Shown here one piece after another: positions 8,378 to 15,529 of a stretch of DNA of 15,529 bases (positions within the stretch are counted from its first letter, which is position 1; every line of letters begins with the position of its first letter). A program made the position numbers and the translations under genes. A model generated the notes under the pieces. It did not search any database and was not told the DNA's origin. It saw only the letters and a program-made list of their open reading frames with translations. Source of the stretch: Nitrospinota bacterium (lineage in GTDB: Bacteria > Nitrospinota > Nitrospinia > Nitrospinales > VA-1); NCBI GenBank assembly GCA_038108555.1, contig JAYNIA010000055.1:1-15529 (forward strand), in the 5' to 3' direction.

Positions 8378-9295
8378 TTACTTCACCGATACCCTTGGGT
8401 CCAGCCAACCATAAATCATGTCGACGATGATATTTGCCATCACAATTAAAACGGCATAAACCAGAGTCACTCCCATTATGAGCGGATAATCTCTATTGGT
8501 CACAGCGGTAATAAAAAACCGGCCCATGCCGGGAATCGAAAATATAAACTCAATAACGAAGGATCCCGTAACCAACCCTGCCGTTAATGGACCCATCACC
8601 GAAACAATGGGGAAGATTGCATTCTTCAACACATGCCGAGTTAAAATCCTGAACTCCGTAAGCCCCTTGGCACGCGCAGTACGAATATAATCGGAGCTTA
8701 GAACATCGAGAACCGTGGTCCGTGTCAACCGCGCCACATAGCCTGCAAACCCCGCACCCAAAGCAAACGCGGGCAGGATCATATACCGGGGTCCCTCCCA
8801 CAATGCCGGGGGCAGTAAATGCCACTGGTGAGAAAATAACCAGACCAGTAAAGCACCTAACACAAAACTCGGAATCGAAATCCCCATTGCGGCAAACAAA
8901 AGAATGGACCGATCCAAAACGGAATTCTTCCAATAAGCAGAGACCATACCTGCTGGCACACCCAGTCCAAGCACAACGATAACTGCGAACATTCCCAGAG
9001 TAAAAGAAACAGGAAAGGTATCTCGCAAAATATCAGAAACATCGCGACCAATATATTTATAGGAAGGCCCCAGATCACCTTGTAGAAGTTGCTTCATATA
9101 AAGAAGATATTGGACTCCTACAGGCTCATCTAGATGATATTTTGCTTCAATATTGGCAATTATTTCAGGAGGAAGGATTTTCTCGGTGTCGAATGGGCCT
9201 CCGGGCACCCAGTGCATTATCAGAAAGGTCAGGGTTGCCACTGCAACCAGCACCGGAATTCCCCAAAGCACCCTTCTTAAAAAAAACAAATACAT
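8378..9295 (-). CDS. oppB: Oligopeptide ABC transporter permease, OppB
   Basis: VPGGPF, GDLGPSYKY, DYIRTARAKGL, FSIPGMGRFF and RDYPLIMG motifs. Confidence 0.95.
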   Translation of the reverse strand: MYLFFLRRVLWGIPVLVAVATLTFLIMHWVPGGPFDTEKILPPEIIANIEAKYHLDEPVGVQYLLYMKQLLQGDLGPSYKYIGRDVSDILRDTFPVSFTLGMFAVIVVLGLGVPAGMVSAYWKNSVLDRSILLFAAMGISIPSFVLGALLVWLFSHQWHLLPPALWEGPRYMILPAFALGAGFAGYVARLTRTTVLDVLSSDYIRTARAKGLTEFRILTRHVLKNAIFPIVSVMGPLTAGLVTGSFVIEFIFSIPGMGRFFITAVTNRDYPLIMGVTLVYAVLIVMANIIVDMIYGWLDPRVSVK

Positions 9296-9311
9296 GCTAA
9301 TATTTTAGCAT
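9294..9311. promoter_or_regulatory. 7-4-7 palindrome carrying extended -10 elements on both strands
   Basis: ATGCTAA-TATT-TTAGCAT. Minus strand gives TGC-TAAAAT and plus strand gives TGC-TAATAT. Lies between the divergent oppB and TPR genes. Confidence 0.45.
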
Positions 9312-9392
9312 AAGAGTAACCAGGTAAGATGATATTGCATGTAACCCCAACAAACGTTAAGGTTTCAAAAAATTATTAAAAGGAAAAAATAA

Positions 9393-9953
9393 TTGGCACA
9401 GGCCTTTCTAATATTAAACATTGCTGCCTTCCTGTTATTTGCGATTCCTGCAAACGGTTTCGCAAAAAACATAAGAGCACCCTATAATTATAAAATTATC
9501 CGCACTTCAACTCAGGTGCTAAAATCCAGACTCCTGAAAAAATATCACTACGAAGGCGGACTACAATTAATCCTGGAAGAACGCTTTGAAGAAGCCCTTT
9601 CCTTTCTAAAACCCATTTTGCACGAAGACCCGGGCTATAAACGGACCGGCTATTTAATGGGATATGCTTATCAGAAATTAGAAAAAATTGAGCAAGCTAT
9701 TACAACTTATGAAGAATACTTAGAGAATGACAAAAAAGACTACCAGGCCGTATTCAACCTGGCTTATGCCTATATGGAAGCCGGATTGTGTTCCGAAGCC
9801 ATACAGGCTTTCAGCAAAACTCTGGACCAGAAACCGGACTACCTAGAGGCTCACCTCCATCTTTCCACCTGCCACAACAAACTGGGCAACAATTTAAAGG
9901 CAGAGCAGCATTTGAAAATCTGGAATTCCCGAGAAAAAGCAAAATCCCCCTAA
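9393..9953 (+). CDS. Exported tetratricopeptide repeat protein
   Basis: TTG start with AGGA 8 nt upstream. Signal peptide ending ANGFA. About 3-4 TPR motifs (YLMGYAYQKL, AVFNLAYAYMEAG, AHLHLSTCHNKLG). Confidence 0.85.
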   Translation: MAQAFLILNIAAFLLFAIPANGFAKNIRAPYNYKIIRTSTQVLKSRLLKKYHYEGGLQLILEERFEEALSFLKPILHEDPGYKRTGYLMGYAYQKLEKIEQAITTYEEYLENDKKDYQAVFNLAYAYMEAGLCSEAIQAFSKTLDQKPDYLEAHLHLSTCHNKLGNNLKAEQHLKIWNSREKAKSP

Positions 9954-10031
9954 TACCCATTGCAAAAAATATCATTTTATCAAGGTTGACTGAGATATAA
10001 TAAATGGTCGCATTTAACCTTTCGAACAATT

Positions 10032-11858
10032 ATGAACTATCCTTCTTTAAGAGAATTTATCGACCGGCTTGAATTCGAAAACGAACTCATTCGAATTCAG
10101 GAAAAAGTATCTCCCATCCTGGAAATTGCTGAAATTACAGACCGCATTTCGAAAGAGCCGGGAGGAGGCAAAGCCCTCCTTTTTGAAAATGTAGAAGGCA
10201 GTTCGATGCCAGTCCTAATAAATGCTTTTGGCAGCATAAAAAGGATGAATGCTGCACTCGGAACACATAATGTCGAAGAGATTGCAAAAAGGATCGAACG
10301 TTATCTGAAAATCCAACCCCCTGTCACCCTACTGGATAAAGCAAAACTGTTACCCATGTTGTTGCAGGCGGCACAATTTCCTCCAAAACTCACCAGTAGC
10401 TCCAATGCGCCATGCCAGGAAGTGGTTCATCTCAATAACAATGTCGATTTAAACCAAATCCCAATCCTGCAATGCTGGCCGTCCGATGCAGGAAGGTTCA
10501 TCACCTTTCCAATCGTCATTAATCGCAGCGCCGACAGAAAAGTTAAAAATGTGGGTCTCTATCGAATGCAAATTTACGATTCGAAAACCACAGGAATGCA
10601 TTGGCATATCCATAAAGACGGCGCTCATTTTTTCAACGAATATAAAAAGCAAAACAAAGTAATGGAAGTTGCGGTCGCCATTGGCGCTGACCCTGCCTCC
10701 TGCTATGCGGCCTCCGCCCCTCTTCCTTACGGAATTGATGAATTTCTTTTAGCGGGATTCATAAGAAAACAAAGTGTGCCGCTGGTAAAATGCAAAACCG
10801 TGGATCTTGAAGTACCCGCCAGTGCAGAAATCGTCTTAGAAGGATTTATTGACCCGGCAGAAATGCGATTGGAAGGTCCGTTCGGAGATCATACAGGTTA
10901 TTATTCGCAGGATGGGGATTATCCCGTCTTCCATCTGACTGCCATCACCCATCGCAAAGACCCCATTTACCTGACTACAATTGTAGGCAAACCACCGCAG
11001 GAAGATTTTTATCTTGGAAGAGCCACAGAGCGTATCTTTCTTCCCCTACTCCGCACACAACTTCCAGAAATCGTAGATATGGATATGCCCGTGGAAGGGG
11101 TTTTCCATAATTGTGTCATCGTTTCCATTGACAAACGTTATCCCATGCAGGCCCGCCGCTTGATGAGCGCACTCTGGGGACTGGGCCAAATGAGTTTTGT
11201 TAAAACCATTGTTACTGTCGATGCTGAAGTGAATGTCCACGACTATGAGAAAATCGTCGAACTCCTTCTCGACAAAACCGATTTTGAACGCGATCTGTTT
11301 TTCTCTGAAGGGGTCCTGGATGTACTTAACCACGCGTCAGATAATATGCTATACGGTTCCAAACTGGGGGTAGACCTTACCACCAAAGTCGAAGGTGAAC
11401 CCGGCTATGAGGAAAATATTCCCCCGCAAATTCACAACGAACAACTTCCAGACAGAGAGGAAATTTCTAACCAGTTTGAAGAGTTAAAAGGTTGCCGGAT
11501 TTTAAACTTAAACACAAAACGATCTGTCATGTATGCAGCGCTAAATAAAACCCGCCCCAACCAGTCCAGAGAATTTGCGGAAAACTTTTTTAATATCCCA
11601 GAGTTCTCAAACATCGACATAGTTATTTTGGTAGAAGGCCATGTCAATATTGAAAATGACTCAGTGGTTATGTGGAAATTTTTTAACAACTTGGATCCCA
11701 AGCGCGATTTCATTTTTGACGAGGGCCGCCTTGCAATAGATGCAACAAAAAAAATGAAGGAAGAAGGTTATCTCCAAAGGTGGCCCGAAGAAATTGAGAT
11801 GTCGGAAGAAATCAAAACACGAGTCGATTCCAAATGGGACTCGATGTTTAAAAAATAA
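10032..11858 (+). CDS. ubiD: UbiD-family prFMN-dependent decarboxylase, menaquinone (futalosine pathway, MqnL-like) type, long form
   Basis: NVGLYRMQ, MHWHIHKDG, EGPFGDHTGYY and TIVGKPPQED motifs. Duplicated C-terminal module (KLGVDLTTK and RLAIDATKK). Confidence 0.92.
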   Translation: MNYPSLREFIDRLEFENELIRIQEKVSPILEIAEITDRISKEPGGGKALLFENVEGSSMPVLINAFGSIKRMNAALGTHNVEEIAKRIERYLKIQPPVTLLDKAKLLPMLLQAAQFPPKLTSSSNAPCQEVVHLNNNVDLNQIPILQCWPSDAGRFITFPIVINRSADRKVKNVGLYRMQIYDSKTTGMHWHIHKDGAHFFNEYKKQNKVMEVAVAIGADPASCYAASAPLPYGIDEFLLAGFIRKQSVPLVKCKTVDLEVPASAEIVLEGFIDPAEMRLEGPFGDHTGYYSQDGDYPVFHLTAITHRKDPIYLTTIVGKPPQEDFYLGRATERIFLPLLRTQLPEIVDMDMPVEGVFHNCVIVSIDKRYPMQARRLMSALWGLGQMSFVKTIVTVDAEVNVHDYEKIVELLLDKTDFERDLFFSEGVLDVLNHASDNMLYGSKLGVDLTTKVEGEPGYEENIPPQIHNEQLPDREEISNQFEELKGCRILNLNTKRSVMYAALNKTRPNQSREFAENFFNIPEFSNIDIVILVEGHVNIENDSVVMWKFFNNLDPKRDFIFDEGRLAIDATKKMKEEGYLQRWPEEIEMSEEIKTRVDSKWDSMFKK

Positions 11859-11861
11859 AAC

Positions 11862-14675
11862 ATGGCACTGGAAAACATAAATATAAAGGGTGCGAGAGAG
11901 CACAATTTAAAAAACCTGAATCTAATCCTTCCCCGGGAAAAACTGGTGGTGATTACCGGACTGAGCGGATCGGGGAAATCCTCTCTCGCATTCGACACAA
12001 TATACGCAGAAGGCCAACGCCGATATGTCGAGTCCCTTTCCGCCTATGCAAGACAATTTCTGGAATTGATGGAAAAACCCGATGTCGATTCCATAGACGG
12101 ACTTTCTCCAGCCATTTCCATCGAACAAAAAACATCCAGCCGCAATCCCCGGTCCACGGTAGGTACCGTCACTGAAATCTACGATTACCTCCGGCTTCTA
12201 TACGCACGCATTGGGCGGGTCTTTTGTCATGGATGCGGAAGGGAAATTTCATCACAAACCGTTCAGCATATCGTCGACCAGGTTCAGGCCATCCCTCCCG
12301 GAAAAAAAATAATGATCCTGTCCCCCGTTGCAAGAGAAAGAAAAGGGGAATTCAAGCGAGAAATTCTCGATATGAAGCGAAAAGGTTTCGTCCGTGCAAG
12401 AATCGATGGGGAGGTTCGATCCCTGGACGAGGAAATCAAACTTGATAAAAAGTTCAAACATACGGTCGAAATTGTTGTCGATCGTCTGGTCATCAAGGAA
12501 AAAATGGGAAAACGCCTTGCTGACTCCGTTGAAACTGCTCTCAATCATGGCGAAGGCAGCATCGTTGTTTCCATTATTGATGAAGAAGAATTATTATTCA
12601 GTGAAAACTTTGCCTGCAGCTATTGCAACATCAGTTATCCGGAACTGGAACCCAGGTTGTTCTCCTTCAACAATCCCCAAGGGGCCTGCTCGAAATGTGA
12701 TGGACTTGGAATCAAAATGGTGATTGATCCAGACCTGGTAGTGCCAGACGACAGCCTCTCCATCCGCGATGGGGCTATCAAACCCTGGGAAAAACGAAAC
12801 TCGATTTATTTTCACCAAATGCTGGATACCATATCCGCACATTTCAAATTCAAACTAAGTACCCCTTTTTCAAAACTAACTAAAAAGATTCAAAAGATTC
12901 TTTTATATGGTTCCGGGGACGAACCGGTAAAGTATTCCTATGAAAAAGAAGGACGGCAACATCATTTTACCGACACTTTTGATGGGGTGATCCCCGACCT
13001 CGAAAGGCGTTATCTCGAAACGGATTCCGCATGGTCCCGTGAAGACATTGCACGTTTCATGCGTCCCCTGCCCTGCCAGCAATGCGAGGGAAACCGCCTG
13101 AGAAAAGAAGCAATATCCGTAAAAGTTGCAGATTTAAATATTGTCGAGCTCACCTCATTCTCCATCGGAAAAGCCTTCAAGTTTTTTAAAGATCTGAAAC
13201 TAACCAAACAGGAAAACGAAATTGCCCGAAGAATCGTAAAAGAATTAAAAGAGCGACTGGGATTTTTAACCAATGTGGGATTGGAATACCTGTCACTGGA
13301 TCGAACCTCCGCCACCTTGTCGGGAGGAGAAAGTCAACGCATCCGCCTGGCCACGCAAATCGGCTCCAGTCTCATGGGAGTTTTGTATGTTTTGGATGAA
13401 CCCAGCATCGGACTTCACCAGCGCGATAATGACCGCCTCCTTGAAACCCTAACCCGGTTACGGGATTTAGGTAACACGGTGATCGTCGTAGAGCACGATG
13501 AAGCTACCATCCGCGCGGCGGACCATGTGGTGGACCTGGGACCTGGAGCCGGGGTTCATGGTGGCGAAGTGAGTTTTTCAGGGACTCCCAAAGCCCTCCT
13601 CAAATCCAAGGATTCCTTAACGGGTAAATACCTGTCCGGCAAAAAGGAAATTGCACTTCCGGCTCAAAGAAGAAAAGGCAATGGAATGTTCCTTGAAGTA
13701 AAAGGTGCGCAGGAGAACAATTTAAAAACCGTGGATGTTAAGTTCCCACTGGGTTGTCTCGTTTGTGTTACCGGGGTTTCAGGTTCGGGGAAAAGCACGC
13801 TGACTCTGGATATCTTATACAAAGCTTTGGCACAACATTTTTACAAGTCTATCGACAAACCCGGCAGGTTCGATAAAATTCACGGCATTCATTTTCTGGA
13901 CAAAGTAATTGATATCGACCAGTCTCCCATTGGCCGGACGCCAAGGTCGAATCCCGCAACCTACACGGGAGTCTTCACCTTGATCCGCGAACTGTTCAGC
14001 CAGGTTCCCGAGGCAAGGGCCAGAGGCTATAAACCCGGCCGATTCAGCTTTAACGTGAAAGGGGGACGTTGCGAAGCCTGCCAGGGGGATGGGGTCATAA
14101 AAATTGAAATGCATTTCCTTCCAGATGTGTTTGTCACGTGCGAAGTGTGCCAGGGCAAACGCTTCAACCGGGAAACCCTGGAAATACTTTATAAAGGAAA
14201 AAGTATCGCCGATGTGCTTAGCATGACGGCGGAAGAAGCTAAAGAGTTCTTCACAAACATTCCAGCGATCAAAAACAAATTACAAACCATCACCGATGTG
14301 GGATTGGATTATATCCGTCTGGGACAACAAGCCAACACTTTATCCGGAGGCGAAGCTCAGCGAGTCAAACTGTCCAAAGAACTCAGCAAACGCAGTACCG
14401 GAAGGACGCTTTATATTTTAGATGAACCGACAACCGGTCTGCATTTCGCAGATATAGAACATTTGCTGAAGGTACTGCAAAAACTGGTGGACACTGGCAA
14501 TACGGTGGTGATCATCGAGCATAATATGGATGTGATTAAAACTGCGGATCATATTATCGATCTCGGCCCGGAAGGCGGGGATGGTGGGGGCCGTGTGCTT
14601 GCCGAAGGCCCCCCCGAAAAAGTGGCAAAATCTAAAACCTCTTATACCGGGAAGTATTTAAAGGATTATCTTTAA
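11862..14675 (+). CDS. uvrA: Excinuclease ABC subunit A
   Basis: Two Walker A motifs ([16 protein letters not shown]), two LSGGE signatures, zinc fingers, and the GAREHNLKN start. 937 aa. Confidence 0.99.
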   Translation: MALENINIKGAREHNLKNLNLILPREKLVVITGLSGSGKSSLAFDTIYAEGQRRYVESLSAYARQFLELMEKPDVDSIDGLSPAISIEQKTSSRNPRSTVGTVTEIYDYLRLLYARIGRVFCHGCGREISSQTVQHIVDQVQAIPPGKKIMILSPVARERKGEFKREILDMKRKGFVRARIDGEVRSLDEEIKLDKKFKHTVEIVVDRLVIKEKMGKRLADSVETALNHGEGSIVVSIIDEEELLFSENFACSYCNISYPELEPRLFSFNNPQGACSKCDGLGIKMVIDPDLVVPDDSLSIRDGAIKPWEKRNSIYFHQMLDTISAHFKFKLSTPFSKLTKKIQKILLYGSGDEPVKYSYEKEGRQHHFTDTFDGVIPDLERRYLETDSAWSREDIARFMRPLPCQQCEGNRLRKEAISVKVADLNIVELTSFSIGKAFKFFKDLKLTKQENEIARRIVKELKERLGFLTNVGLEYLSLDRTSATLSGGESQRIRLATQIGSSLMGVLYVLDEPSIGLHQRDNDRLLETLTRLRDLGNTVIVVEHDEATIRAADHVVDLGPGAGVHGGEVSFSGTPKALLKSKDSLTGKYLSGKKEIALPAQRRKGNGMFLEVKGAQENNLKTVDVKFPLGCLVCVTGVSGSGKSTLTLDILYKALAQHFYKSIDKPGRFDKIHGIHFLDKVIDIDQSPIGRTPRSNPATYTGVFTLIRELFSQVPEARARGYKPGRFSFNVKGGRCEACQGDGVIKIEMHFLPDVFVTCEVCQGKRFNRETLEILYKGKSIADVLSMTAEEAKEFFTNIPAIKNKLQTITDVGLDYIRLGQQANTLSGGEAQRVKLSKELSKRSTGRTLYILDEPTTGLHFADIEHLLKVLQKLVDTGNTVVIIEHNMDVIKTADHIIDLGPEGGDGGGRVLAEGPPEKVAKSKTSYTGKYLKDYL

Positions 14676-14792
14676 ACCAACCGTTTTACAATAAACTTGT
14701 GTCAGTTATTGGCCAATAAAAGTTTAATACCATCATTTTACGTATACGATTATTTTTCCTCCTCTATTCCTGCACATAGTAGATATTGTCTT

Positions 14793-14909
14793 CTAATTTC
14801 TTCGCTCCCCTTGTCTTCTTTCAACCTTCCGGGTATCCATTCCAGTATGTGATACCATTCTTCTTCTATTTCCTTGCCTCCTGTCACCAAACCTTCTTTC
14901 CTGTTCCAT
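14793..14909 (-). CDS. 38-aa arginine-rich repeat micro-protein MEQERRFGDRRQGNRRRMVSHTGMDTRKVERRQGERRN
   Basis: Below the ORF-track cutoff. RBS GGAGGT 5 nt before the ATG. The 5-aa periodic (D/E/N)RRxG motif is encoded by varied Arg codons (AGA, AGG, CGA, CGG). Confidence 0.7.
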   Translation of the reverse strand: MEQERRFGDRRQGNRRRMVSHTGMDTRKVERRQGERRN

Positions 14910-14980
14910 GGTCTACCTCCATATTTAAATTTTAATACCCTCTATATTAGATAGAAATAGCAGAAGGGTTATTCCTTCCC

Positions 14981-15009
14981 TTGACAACCAGATATTCAGG
15001 GGCCAAATT
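14981..15009 (+). promoter_or_regulatory. Candidate sigma70 promoter for the plus-strand small RNA
   Basis: Perfect TTGACA (14981-14986), 17-nt spacer, weak -10 CAAATT. Predicted start near 15016, just before the first hairpin. Confidence 0.4.
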
Positions 15010-15015
15010 TATAGT

Positions 15016-15130
15016 AAAGGGAGGGCATTCCTCTCAATCGTGCCAGAGCGTGTCCTGGAAACGGTATCTCTCTCCTCTCCCTCCTTATGAAGGAGGTAAC
15101 CGGTTTCCTCTTCATGCTCTGGTTTTTTTT
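15016..15130 (+). ncRNA. Candidate structured small RNA (~115 nt), family not recognised
   Basis: Hairpin GGGAGGG/TCCTCTC (15019-15035). Nested stems CCAGAGCGTG/CATGCTCTGG (15043-52/15113-22), GGAAAC/GTTTCC, GGT/ACC and CCTCCTT/AAGGAGG. Followed immediately by T8. Three G.U pairs form only on the plus strand. Confidence 0.55.
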
Positions 15131-15177
15131 GATGCTGTAATCGAGAAACAAAATGTCGATTATCGGCGGAAGCGGAC

Positions 15178-15205
15178 ATTATACCAAGCGGGATATTTGG
15201 TTCAA
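15178..15205 (-). promoter_or_regulatory. Sigma70 promoter with extended -10, likely driving the micro-protein mRNA
   Basis: Minus strand reads TTGAAC-N16-TATAAT with TGn immediately before the -10. Predicted start near 15171. Confidence 0.6.
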
Positions 15206-15316
15206 TTTGGAATGCTGTCCGACTACCCCCTCTAGTGGGGTATCTAATATTAAGAAGATTGGGTTTGTAAAATATACAGAGATGAACATTTAAATCCACC
15301 CCCTTAACAAATCGAA

Positions 15317-15475
15317 TTAATTTCTTAAGTCCAGACAGTTCTTCACTTTCTCCAACAGGTCTTCTTTGGAAAAAGGTTTAAATAAATAACCACATGGCTT
15401 TAGCTCAATTGCTTCCTTAAACATAGGCGAATCCCCACTAAAACCCGTTATGACTATTACAGGTGTATTCGAACT
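15317..15475 (-). pseudogene. 3' remnant of a response-regulator receiver domain gene, interrupted by IS
   Basis: Reads SSNTPVIVITGFSGDSPMFKEAIELKPCGYLFKPFSKEDLLEKVKNCLDLRN*, i.e. beta4 (PVIVIT), the KP motif and alpha5 of a REC domain. Similarity stops at the IS end, and an in-frame stop lies upstream. Confidence 0.8.
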
Positions 15476-15529
15476 TGATCTTCTCGATATTAGTGGACAG
15501 TTAATTAAGCCGCATTCTTTTTCTCAAAC
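15476..15529 (-). mobile_element. IS3-family insertion sequence, right end (partial)
   Basis: TGATCTTCTCGATATTAGTGGACAG (15476-15500) closely resembles the IS3 terminal inverted repeat as I recall it (TGATCTT...TAGTGGACA). On the minus strand it is preceded by a transposase-like C-terminus FEKKNAA* (stop 15505-15507). Confidence 0.8.

Noticed and set aside
9986..10014. TTGACT as the -35 for ubiD-uvrA, and any SOS box
   Set aside because: No convincing -10 at 16-18 nt spacing and no recognisable LexA box.
313..14114. Numerous short ORFs antisense to or nested in the main genes
   Set aside because: Shadow ORFs of well-supported genes with no independent motifs.
14706..14719. Perfect palindrome TTATTGGCCAATAA after uvrA
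   Set aside because: Single instance between convergent genes with no loop or U-tract. No function can be supported.
15031..15046. Minus-strand CTGGCACG as a sigma54 -24 box
   Set aside because: No GC at -12 (GG-N10-AG).
15030..15122. Glycine or c-di-GMP riboswitch, SRP RNA or 6S RNA identity for the structured segment
   Set aside because: Only scattered resemblance (GGAGAGA, CAGG). The diagnostic conserved motifs are missing by eye. An Rfam scan is needed to be definitive.
15160..15186. Minus-strand GCCGATAA as a sigma28 -10 box
   Set aside because: No TAAA at the required 15-nt spacing. The overlapping sigma70 match is stronger.
14981..15299. ORF-track calls 14981-15235(+) and 15009-15299(-)
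   Set aside because: No RBS or recognisable motifs. They overlap each other and the promoter and RNA-structure elements that explain the region better.
1..15529. CRISPR array, tRNA or rRNA genes
   Set aside because: No regularly spaced direct repeats, cloverleaf or rRNA-like sequence seen.

Overview
Bacterial chromosomal window, mostly core or envelope genes with an accessory-looking tail. Nitrospinota/deltaproteobacteria-like by impression only. Left to right: (1) the 3' end of an ECF sigma factor in a translationally coupled operon with an anti-sigma factor, an acidic exported protein and a DUF3106-like protein; (2) a 49-aa tail-anchored protein behind a sigma54 promoter with an IHF site; (3) a minus-strand operon of J-domain protein, Slp lipoprotein and short secretin-like protein; (4) a membrane protein and a GNAT; (5) a DnaJ-like protein with half a zinc finger, coupled to an 86-aa membrane protein ending in a FliF-C-terminus-like motif; (6) a DUF1566 protein, a hypothetical protein, orphan oppBC and a TPR protein; (7) a long UbiD/MqnL-type decarboxylase and uvrA. 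The best candidate for an undescribed system is in the last 850 bp and is missed by the ORF track. It comprises a 38-aa (D/E/N)RRxG-repeat micro-protein (14793-14909, minus) with a strong RBS, a predicted ~260-nt leader from a near-consensus sigma70 promoter, and a structured, U-tract-terminated ~115-nt plus-strand RNA lying wholly antisense to that leader. Next to it is a receiver-domain gene remnant cut by an IS3-family element at the window edge. All calls were made by eye, with no database searches.
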